From assembly GCA_964419785.1 (NCBI GenBank), contig CAYQRM010000113.1, forward strand, positions 1,376-65,375: a stretch of 64,000 nt of DNA, read 5' to 3'. Shown piece after piece: positions 18,455-26,263 of the stretch. Below the pieces are notes generated by a model. That model was given only the letters and a program-made list of their open reading frames with translations. It was not told where the DNA came from and searched no databases. This DNA is from an uncultured Solibacteraceae bacterium (GTDB taxonomy: Bacteria > Acidobacteriota > Vicinamibacteria > Vicinamibacterales > SCN-69-37). The position numbers and the translations under genes are program-made. Every line of letters begins with the position of its first letter. The stretch's first letter is position 1.

Positions 18455-19306
18455 CTAGCGCCGCGCGCGAACGATCGACGCGCGGCGAGGCGGCGGCAGA
18501 TCGTCGCGCCGGCCGGTGAAGTATCGCGCGGCCGCGATCTCGGGCGTCAGGAACGACACGTCAACGAACCCGAACGCGCGAAGCTTCGCGTCGAGGCCCT
18601 CGGCCGTGAAGTGCGATCGAAACATCTCGCCGACGGCCGCGGCCATCTGCGCCACCATTGCCGTTTCTTGCGTCGCTCCGTCGACCGGCGCGAACGTCAG
18701 CACGACTTCGGTGCCCGGCGGGCCACCCGCGATCACGCCGAGCACTTGATCGATTGCAGCTTCGTTGAGGTACGGCGTGACGCCGAGCCAGGAATAGAAA
18801 ACGGGCTGCGCGCGATCGACACCGGATTCCGCCAGCCGCGCGTCGAGCGCCTCGACTTCGAAATCGATCGGCACGAACGTCAAGTTCGCGGGTGACACGA
18901 GCCCCGCTCGGTCCAGCCTCGCGCGTTTGTCCTGCTGGCTGGCAGGCTGATCGATTTCGAAGATGCGCAGCGACGAGGCCCACGCCGGCTGCCGCCACGC
19001 GAACGTGTCGAGCCCGGCGCCCAGGCTCACGAACTGGCGGACGCCTCGCGCGACGGCCTCAGAGAGACAGTCCTCACTGAAGCGACTCCGCACCACCACG
19101 TGCGATCGCAGCCTCTGCCGAACGGCCTCCCACGGCACGTCCCGCGAGCCGAGCACGCGCTCCTGGAGGTCAGGCTCGAGCAAACGGAACGAGATCGGAT
19201 CGTCGAGAATCCACGGCGGCTCGTCGACCACTTGATGCGCGGCGCGAAGCGCTGCCACCCCAACCGCTGTCCGACTCGCCGTCGTCATCAGCGCATTTTG
19301 ACGCAT
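18455..19306 (-). CDS. Class I SAM-dependent methyltransferase (TIGR00027 / leucine-carboxyl-MTase-like)
   Basis: 283-aa ORF. Pattern: TAVGVAALRAAH..VRQFVSLGAGLDTFAWR..IFEIDQP..FYSWLGVTPYL. The start may instead be ATG 19288. Confidence 0.8.
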   Translation of the reverse strand: MRQNALMTTASRTAVGVAALRAAHQVVDEPPWILDDPISFRLLEPDLQERVLGSRDVPWEAVRQRLRSHVVVRSRFSEDCLSEAVARGVRQFVSLGAGLDTFAWRQPAWASSLRIFEIDQPASQQDKRARLDRAGLVSPANLTFVPIDFEVEALDARLAESGVDRAQPVFYSWLGVTPYLNEAAIDQVLGVIAGGPPGTEVVLTFAPVDGATQETAMVAQMAAAVGEMFRSHFTAEGLDAKLRAFGFVDVSFLTPEIAAARYFTGRRDDLPPPRRASIVRARR

Positions 19307-19368
19307 TCGGCCGCCACAACTCTTTCCCAGCGAGACTCGTCCAATACCGGCAGTTCCCCACGGTCAAC

Positions 19369-21870
19369 ATGGTCAATCTCCGCTTTGCCTTCCGCATGCT
19401 GTTCAAGGCGCCGTTCGTCACGACGGTGGCCATCGTCTCGCTCGCGCTCGGGATCGGCGCGAACGCCGCGATCTTCTCGCTCTTCAATCAGGTGCTGATG
19501 AAGCCGCTGCCGGTCGAGCAGCCGGGAGAGCTCGTCAACCTCTCCTCGCCGGGCCCGAAACCCGGGTCGCAGAGCTGCGGACAGCCGGGCGATTGCGACA
19601 GCGTTTTCAGTTACCCGATGTTCCGGGATCTCGAACATGGCCAGACCGCGCTGACGGGCCTGGCGGGCCACGTCTTCTTCGGCGCCAACCTCGCGTATCA
19701 CGGCCAGACGACGGGCGGGAACGGCGCTTTGGTCTCCGGCAGCTACTTTCCCGTGCTCGGCCTGCGACCCGCCGTGGGACGTCTGCTCACACCCACCGAC
19801 GACGCTCCGCCGGGCGAGCCGCACGTCGTCGTGCTGAGCCACGAGTACTGGCAATCCGGCTTCGGCGGACGCCCGGAGGTCGTCGGCGAGACGATGACGA
19901 TCAACGGCGAGTCGATGTCGATCGTCGGCGTCGCGCCAGAAGGATTCCGCGGCACGACGCTCGGCGAAAACCCGAAGGTCTTCGTGCCGATCAGCATGCG
20001 CGCGAAGATGGTGCCCTTCTTCAAGGGCTTCGACAATCGCAAGAGCTACTGGGTGTATCTGTTCGGACGGCTGAAACCAGGCGTGACAATCGAGCAGGCG
20101 CGCGCGTCGATGAACGGCCAGTACAGCGCGATCATCAACGGCGTCGAGGCGGCCGAACAAAAAGGCATGAGCGACGCGACAATGGCGAAGTTCAACGCCA
20201 AGCGATTGCTGCTCGACAACGGATCGCGCGGACAGAGCGACGTGCACGCCGAGGCGCAGGCGCCGCTGACGCTGCTGTTCGCGGTCACGGGCGTCGTGCT
20301 GCTGATCGCGTGCGCCAACATCGCAAACCTGCTGCTGGCTCGATCGGCGGCGCGGTCAGGAGAAATGGCGGTCCGGCTGTCGATTGGCGCGAGCCGCGGA
20401 CGGCTGATCGGACAGCTGCTGTTCGAGGCGTGCCTGCTCGCGGCACTCGGCGGCGCGGTCGGTCTGCTGGTCGCGCGATGGACGCTCGGCGGGATCGCGG
20501 CGATGCTGCCGGCTGACGCGAACGAGACGCTGTCGTTCTCGCTCGACCCGGCCGTCGTCCTGTTTGCCACGACGCTCTCGGTCGCGACGGGCTTGTTGTT
20601 CGGCCTGTTCCCCGCGCTGCACAGCACGCGACCGGATCTGGCGTCGACGCTCAAGGACAACACGCGCTCGTCGGCCGGCACCAAGTCGGCGGCGCGTTTC
20701 CGCAACGGCCTCGTCGTTGCGCAAATCGCGCTGTCCATGACGCTGCTCGCCGCGGCGGGCCTGTTCACGCGCAGCCTGCTGAACGTGAGCCGCGTGGACC
20801 TCGGGATCAAGATCGACAACATGGTCACGTTCTCGATCTCTCCCGAGTTGAGCGGCTACAACTCGGAACGTTCTCGGGCGCTCTTCGACCAGCTCGGGGA
20901 CCGGCTGCACGGACTGCCCGGCGTCACGGGCGTGGCGACTTCCGTCGTCGGCCTGCTCGGCGGGAACAACTACGGCAACGGCGTCTCGGTCGAAGGCTTC
21001 GCGTCGGGACCGGACACGGACACCGGCAGCCGCTACGACGAGGTGAGCCCGGGATTCTTTCAGACGATGGGGATTCCGCTCTTGGCCGGACGCGAGTTCA
21101 CGCGCGGCGACGTCCTCGGCGGCCGCAAGGTCGCGATCGTCAACGAGGCGTTTGCCGAGAAGTTCAAGCTCGGCAAGAACGCCGTCGGCAAGCTCATGGC
21201 CCGGAGCGTCGGTGACGCCGTCAAGCTCGACGTCGAGATCGTCGGCCTGTCGCAGAACGCGAAGTACAGCGAGGTGAAGGCCAAGATTCCGCCAGTGTTC
21301 TACGTGCCGGCCCAGCAGGACGAGCAGCTCGGCTATGGAACGTTCTACGTGCGTGCTCCTGGCGATCCCGCGCCCCTGCTCAAAGCGATTCCGGGCGTCG
21401 TCGCCAGCCTCGACGCCAACTTGCCGGTCGAAAGCCTGCGGACGATGCCGCAGCAGGTCAAAGAGAACGTGTTCCTCGACCGGATGATCACGACGCTCTC
21501 GGCGGCATTTGCCGTCGTCGCGACGCTGCTCGCGGCCATCGGCCTCTACGGCGTGCTGGCCTACACGGTTGCGCAGCGGACTCGGGAATTCGGCCTGAGG
21601 ATGGCGCTCGGCGCGGATCCGCGGCGGGTGCGTGGCATGGTGCTCGGCCAGGTGGGTGTGATGACGCTCGTCGGCGGGCTGGTCGGAATCGTGCTCGCGA
21701 TCGTCGTCGGCCGGGAGGCGACGTCACTGCTCTTCGAGATCAAAGGCTATGACCCGGCCGTGCTCGCGCTGTCCGTAATCGCGCTGTGCCTGGTCGCGCT
21801 CTCGGCTGGCCTCGTCCCGGCGATTCGCGCGTCGCGTATCGACCCGATGCGCGCACTTCGATACGAATAG
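19369..21870 (+). CDS. ADOP-family duplicated MacB/FtsX-type permease (no adjacent ATPase), copy 1
   Basis: 833-aa ORF with two MacB-periplasmic-domain plus FtsX halves. The N-terminus is LRFAFRMLFKAPFVTTVAIVSLALGIGANAAIFS and the C-terminus is RASRIDPMRALRYE. Confidence 0.9.
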   Translation: MVNLRFAFRMLFKAPFVTTVAIVSLALGIGANAAIFSLFNQVLMKPLPVEQPGELVNLSSPGPKPGSQSCGQPGDCDSVFSYPMFRDLEHGQTALTGLAGHVFFGANLAYHGQTTGGNGALVSGSYFPVLGLRPAVGRLLTPTDDAPPGEPHVVVLSHEYWQSGFGGRPEVVGETMTINGESMSIVGVAPEGFRGTTLGENPKVFVPISMRAKMVPFFKGFDNRKSYWVYLFGRLKPGVTIEQARASMNGQYSAIINGVEAAEQKGMSDATMAKFNAKRLLLDNGSRGQSDVHAEAQAPLTLLFAVTGVVLLIACANIANLLLARSAARSGEMAVRLSIGASRGRLIGQLLFEACLLAALGGAVGLLVARWTLGGIAAMLPADANETLSFSLDPAVVLFATTLSVATGLLFGLFPALHSTRPDLASTLKDNTRSSAGTKSAARFRNGLVVAQIALSMTLLAAAGLFTRSLLNVSRVDLGIKIDNMVTFSISPELSGYNSERSRALFDQLGDRLHGLPGVTGVATSVVGLLGGNNYGNGVSVEGFASGPDTDTGSRYDEVSPGFFQTMGIPLLAGREFTRGDVLGGRKVAIVNEAFAEKFKLGKNAVGKLMARSVGDAVKLDVEIVGLSQNAKYSEVKAKIPPVFYVPAQQDEQLGYGTFYVRAPGDPAPLLKAIPGVVASLDANLPVESLRTMPQQVKENVFLDRMITTLSAAFAVVATLLAAIGLYGVLAYTVAQRTREFGLRMALGADPRRVRGMVLGQVGVMTLVGGLVGIVLAIVVGREATSLLFEIKGYDPAVLALSVIALCLVALSAGLVPAIRASRIDPMRALRYE

Positions 21871-21896
21871 CGCCGAGCCGAGCCGGGTACGCGAAA

Positions 21897-21931
21897 ACAC
21901 CGGCACCTCGCATCCACGAGGCTGCCGGTGT
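21897..21931. terminator. Hairpin between convergent genes, intrinsic-terminator-like for the minus-strand PEGA gene
   Basis: ACACCGGCAcCTCGcatccaCGAGgcTGCCGGTGT. On the minus strand it is followed by TTTTC. Confidence 0.55.
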
Positions 21932-21957
21932 CGTTGATATCGGATCCGCGTCGATGA

Positions 21958-22824
21958 CTAGCGGACAGCCGACATCGTACCTTGATACGGAATCACCTGA
22001 CCCGGGACGACCGTGATGTCGAACGCCACGGGCATGTAACCATCTGCACGAAGCTCCACGTGATGCAGTCCCGTCTTGAGTGTCAGCGGCGGCACTTCCG
22101 GTCCGAAGTCCGCGGCCGCGCCGATGAACACGCCGTCGATGAAGACCGCCGCGTCCCCCGGCTGCATGTCGAAGCTCAAGCCGCCATAGGGCGTCCCGGA
22201 CGGCACGCCATATCCATACGTGCCGACGACGTACGGGTTATACCAAGTCGGGTACGCCACCGGGTAGCCGACGTAGAACCCGAACCCGATCGTGAAGTGC
22301 GAATGGAACGCGTAGTACGGATACGCGTACGGGTAATAGTACGGACGGTACACCGCGTGGTAGTGCGGGTAGTACGGATACGTGTAGTGATACGGCGTCG
22401 CATAGTGATACGGCGCGGCGTAGTGCGGCGCGACCGATCCACGCGGAACCGCATAACCGGACGAGTAGCCCGGCGCAACCGATCCACGCGGCACAGCGTA
22501 GCCTGACGTGCCGCGCGGCACAGCCTGGACTCCCGGACGTCCCGGAGTGATGGCACGCGGCGCGGCGACTTGCGGCGCGACGCGGCCTTGGGCCATCGGC
22601 CGCCCTTGCGGCGCGGACTGCGCCCTCGGCGGCGCGGCCTGCCGCGGCATCGCCTGCTGACGTCCCTGCGGCGCTGACGCCGCGTGTCCAGCCGACTGCG
22701 TGCGCGATCCGCCGCCACGGCTGTGCTGGTCATCTGCGAAAGCCGGCGCGCCGAGTCCCAGCATTGCGAACGCCGCCAGCGAAATCATTGAAGTGCGAAT
22801 CATCGTGTTCTTGTTGATGTTCAT
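21958..22824 (-). CDS. Secreted PEGA-domain protein with Tyr/Pro/His-rich low-complexity core
   Basis: 288-aa ORF. The ATG at 22824 is preceded by GGGAGG, and a signal peptide is present. GYAVPRGSVAP occurs twice. The core reads YHYATPYHYTYPYYPHYHAVYRPYYYPYAYPYYAF. The C-terminal PEGA-like region reads PGDAAVFIDGVFIG..LKTGLHHVELRADGY. Confidence 0.7.
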   Translation of the reverse strand: MNINKNTMIRTSMISLAAFAMLGLGAPAFADDQHSRGGGSRTQSAGHAASAPQGRQQAMPRQAAPPRAQSAPQGRPMAQGRVAPQVAAPRAITPGRPGVQAVPRGTSGYAVPRGSVAPGYSSGYAVPRGSVAPHYAAPYHYATPYHYTYPYYPHYHAVYRPYYYPYAYPYYAFHSHFTIGFGFYVGYPVAYPTWYNPYVVGTYGYGVPSGTPYGGLSFDMQPGDAAVFIDGVFIGAAADFGPEVPPLTLKTGLHHVELRADGYMPVAFDITVVPGQVIPYQGTMSAVR

Positions 22825-23010
22825 CGCAACCTCCCACTCTCGGGATACTTCCCGGGGTGATTACCTCGAGCGTAGCCCTCGCCACCAGAGAAGGCAAGGA
22901 CCTTGCCAAGATAATGGTCGGAAAAACCCCGACTTCTTCGGCCTCATTCTCAAAGGCGGTTCGCCGGGCGTCATCTGCATAGGACGGGTCGTCCTCAGCA
23001 CTCCCCGGGA

Positions 23011-23589
23011 CTATGAGTGCCTTGTTGTAAGGCCGCCTCGGAGCCACTCGGTGATCGCGACCAGCGCTAGCAAACCGGCCAGCGTCGCAGTCCAGGACAA
23101 CGCAATGAGCCGCCAGAACTTCTCGATTCGATCTTGTGCTTCTTCGAGCGACCGGCCGACGACAACGAACCCGTCACCAGTTCCGGAGGAGTAACGCTCG
23201 ACGACGGTGGCGATCCGCACGCCGCGCTCGGGTTGCCACGTGACGCGCTCCTCGCCGCCGCGACGGACCTGATCCAGCACGCCGGTCGGAATCGCGCGAA
23301 CTTCCCCGCGCAACCGCCCGGACGACGCGAGCACGCGGCCGTTGTCGTCGAGCACTGTGACAAATGTCGCAAGGCTGCGCTCCATCGGCACGGCTCGCTC
23401 GGGGACCACGTCTGCAGGGGATTGACCGCCATCAAGCGCCAGCGCCGTCCCTCTCGCAATCTCGACCTGCGGGTCATTGGCCGCCGCGCGCCAGACCTGT
23501 TGCGTGACGACGTAGATGGTGAGCGCGGTGGCGGTCGCCAGTCCGGCGAGCGGCAGCCAGGTGAGCAGCACACGGCGGGTGAAGGGCAT
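23011..23589 (-). CDS. Hypothetical bitopic/two-TM membrane protein with periplasmic domain
   Basis: 192-aa ORF with ATG start and hydrophobic segments at both the N- and C-termini. I recognise no domain. Confidence 0.55.
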   Translation of the reverse strand: MPFTRRVLLTWLPLAGLATATALTIYVVTQQVWRAAANDPQVEIARGTALALDGGQSPADVVPERAVPMERSLATFVTVLDDNGRVLASSGRLRGEVRAIPTGVLDQVRRGGEERVTWQPERGVRIATVVERYSSGTGDGFVVVGRSLEEAQDRIEKFWRLIALSWTATLAGLLALVAITEWLRGGLTTRHS

Positions 23590-23593
23590 GTAG

Positions 23594-23610
23594 ACTTTGT
23601 ATCACAAAGT
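23594..23610. promoter_or_regulatory. Perfect 7-3-7 palindrome ACTTTGT-ATC-ACAAAGT, 5 nt upstream of the 23589 start codon
   Basis: Read directly from the sequence. It occupies the position where an SD would be expected for the minus-strand gene. Confidence 0.4.
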
Positions 23611-23622
23611 TCACGGGGAGAC

Positions 23623-23664
23623 AATGACGCATCGGGCAATGGGTCATTGCGCCATGGCGTCATT
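23623..23664. promoter_or_regulatory. Nested palindrome AATGACGC-N5-GCAATG-GGT-CATTGC-N6-GCGTCATT upstream of ADOP copy 2
   Basis: The outer 8-bp arms lie at 23623-23630 and 23657-23664. The inner 6-3-6 perfect palindrome is at 23636-23650. Confidence 0.4.
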
Positions 23665-23718
23665 GGGCCATCGGGTCGTTCAGCCCCCATCCGAAGCGCA
23701 TAATGGCGCGGGGCTCTC

Positions 23719-26202
23719 ATGCGACAGGATCTCGCGCAGGCCGTCCGAGTGATTCGCCGAGCGCCGTGGTTCTATGCCGGGCTGCTGGTCACTCTCGCGC
23801 TTGGCATCGGCGCCAACGGCGCCGTGTTTGGGATTCTTCGGGCGGTCCTGCTGCAGCCGCTGCCCTACCGGGAGCCCGATCGGATCGTCATGGTCTGGCG
23901 CTCACCTGAGCGCGCGCCCGAATCGACGCACGACATTCTGCGGCCGCCCGTGCGGCGCTCCACGCCGACTGGGGACCAGGCGTCGCGCGTGCACGACCAG
24001 GCGTCCGACGTGCTGTCGAACGTCGCCGTCTACAAGAGCTGGCAAGGCAATCTCGAAGCGCAGTTCGATCTGACGCTTGCGGATCACGCCGAGCGACTAC
24101 GCGGAATGCTGGCGACGGCCAACTTCTTTGACGTGCTCGGTGTCCGCGCCGTCGAAGGGCGCGTCTTCACCGCCGCCGACGCGTCCTCGACCACGCCGGT
24201 CGTCGTCTTGAGCTACGCGTTGTGGCAGCGAGCGTTTGGCGCCGATCCGGCGGTCGTCGGCCGGCCGCTCACGCTCGTCGTCGGCCGCCCGCGCTACACA
24301 CAAGTGTTCACGGTGCTCGGCGTCTTGCCGCGCACGTTCCGATTCACCTACCCGGACGAGACCGAGGCGTGGGTCATCAATCCCTGGTCGGACGTCACCG
24401 GCGGCAGCGCCGGCTATTGGACGGTCGCTCGGCTGGCATCGGGTGTCTCCCTCGTGGCGGCACAGACTCGCGCCGCCGCGATTCCGGCATCAGTCGATCC
24501 GCGGCGCTCGACCGCGGCATCTCGGGAGATCTTCACGCTTCAGCCCATCGCCGACTGGGTCGTCGGCGAGACACGTCCGTCGATGCTGTTGCTCGGCGGA
24601 GTGGCGCTCCTGCTGCTGCTCATCACGTGCGCCACCGTCGCGAGCGCGCTCTTCGTCCGCATGACGGAACGGCACCGCGAGTTGGCGGTCCGGGCCTCAA
24701 TCGGTGCCGATCGCCGTCGGCTCGTGCGGCAACTCCTCGTCGAAGGCGTCGTGCTTTCGGCGTGCGGCGCAGCGCTCGGCGCCGGCGTCGCGGCGCTTCT
24801 CGCGCCGGTGCTTCGCACGCTTGTACCGCCCGCGGTGCCGCGCGCGGACGAGATCGCGGTGGACGCGTGGATTCTCGCGTTCTTCGCCGCGGCCGTAACG
24901 GCCACGACGGTGTGCGCAACGCTCGCGCCGGCCTGGCGAGGTGCGCGCGTGGATCTGATGGCGGCCTTCAAGTCGGCCTCCACCGGTGCGTCACCCGATC
25001 GCTCGACCGCGCGCTGGCGGCAGGCGCTCGTCGGGGCGCAGGCCGCGATCGCGACGGCGCTTCTGCTCACCGCCGTCCTCCTCATGGTCAGTTTTTGGAG
25101 GCTCACGCACGTGCCGCTCGGCTTCGACGGCGATCGCGTGCTGACGATCGAGATGCGCTTGATCGATCCGAAGTACCTCCCGCCGCGACCGGCGCCGGGC
25201 ACGCGGCCCGATCCGAATCCGCCGCCCTCACCCGCGCTCGTGGCGTTCCAGCAACAGCTGCTCGCCGGCGTGCGCGCGCTGCCGGGCGTGCTCGACGCGG
25301 GCCTGACGTCGGCCGTGCCGTTCCGGGGCGTCGATTTCGTCTACGTTCTCAACCGGATCGGTCAGAAGAACACCGTCGCGGGCAACGCACGGTTCGTCGA
25401 CGCGGGCTACTTCTCCGTGCTCAAGGTGCCTCTCGTTCGCGGCCGGTTCTTCGACCAGACCGACACCGCCACGAGCGCGAAGGTGGCGATCGTCTCCGAA
25501 TCCTACGCACGACAGATGTTCGGCAGCGAGGATCCGATCGGCCAGCAGATCGAAGGCCGCACGCCGCTCGAGATCGTAGGCATCGTCGGGGACATGCGGT
25601 ACCAGAATTTCTCGAGTGAGCCGTACCCCGCGATCTATTTCCCGCGGGCACAATCGCCGAACGAGCTCATTTGCGTTGTCGCGCGCACGGCGCCGAACGC
25701 CGGCAACCTCGGCCCGGCGATCAGACAGGTCGTGCGCGGCCTCGATCCGGCATTGCCCGCGATGAATTTGACGACGGTCGATCAGATCGTGACGGCGTCA
25801 GTCGCCGATCGTCGCTTTTATACGCTCGCCACCGCGACATTCGCATCGCTCGCGCTGGCACTCACGGTGGTGGGATTGATTGTGGTGATCTCGCGCGCGG
25901 TCATCGAGCGGCGCCGCGAACTGGCGATCCGCGCGGCGCTTGGCGCGACGGCGCCGCGGCTCGTCCAACTCGTCGCGCGACAAGGCCTCGTGCCCGTCGC
26001 GGTCGGCGCGGCCGTTGGCCTCATCGCCGCCTTCGCGAGCGCGCGATTGCTCCAGCAATTTCTCTTCGAGATCACACCGCGCGCGCCGCTCGCGTTTGCC
26101 GGCGTCGCCTCGCTCGTGCTCGCGATCGCGACGGCAGCCGCGCTCGTGCCCGCCCGCCGCGCGGCGCGGACGGCGCCCGCGGAGGCCCTCAGAGGAGACT
26201 GA
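23719..26202 (+). CDS. ADOP-family duplicated MacB/FtsX-type permease (no adjacent ATPase), copy 2
   Basis: 827-aa ORF with ATG start. The N-terminus is AVRVIRRAPWFYAGLLVTLALGIGANGAVFG. It has two FtsX halves. Confidence 0.9.
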   Translation: MRQDLAQAVRVIRRAPWFYAGLLVTLALGIGANGAVFGILRAVLLQPLPYREPDRIVMVWRSPERAPESTHDILRPPVRRSTPTGDQASRVHDQASDVLSNVAVYKSWQGNLEAQFDLTLADHAERLRGMLATANFFDVLGVRAVEGRVFTAADASSTTPVVVLSYALWQRAFGADPAVVGRPLTLVVGRPRYTQVFTVLGVLPRTFRFTYPDETEAWVINPWSDVTGGSAGYWTVARLASGVSLVAAQTRAAAIPASVDPRRSTAASREIFTLQPIADWVVGETRPSMLLLGGVALLLLLITCATVASALFVRMTERHRELAVRASIGADRRRLVRQLLVEGVVLSACGAALGAGVAALLAPVLRTLVPPAVPRADEIAVDAWILAFFAAAVTATTVCATLAPAWRGARVDLMAAFKSASTGASPDRSTARWRQALVGAQAAIATALLLTAVLLMVSFWRLTHVPLGFDGDRVLTIEMRLIDPKYLPPRPAPGTRPDPNPPPSPALVAFQQQLLAGVRALPGVLDAGLTSAVPFRGVDFVYVLNRIGQKNTVAGNARFVDAGYFSVLKVPLVRGRFFDQTDTATSAKVAIVSESYARQMFGSEDPIGQQIEGRTPLEIVGIVGDMRYQNFSSEPYPAIYFPRAQSPNELICVVARTAPNAGNLGPAIRQVVRGLDPALPAMNLTTVDQIVTASVADRRFYTLATATFASLALALTVVGLIVVISRAVIERRRELAIRAALGATAPRLVQLVARQGLVPVAVGAAVGLIAAFASARLLQQFLFEITPRAPLAFAGVASLVLAIATAAALVPARRAARTAPAEALRGD

Positions 26203-26219
26203 CCGCGTAATCCTTCAAG

Positions 26220-26251
26220 ACTTCTAACTTCTGGCTCCCAACTTCTAACTT
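26220..26251. repeat. ACTTCTAACTT direct repeat (2 copies, 21-bp period) in a low-GC, G-poor convergent spacer
   Basis: Copies at 26220-26230 and 26241-26251. The spacer 26203-26263 is C/T-rich on the plus strand. Confidence 0.8.
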
Positions 26252-26263
26252 GATCCAGTCTTT

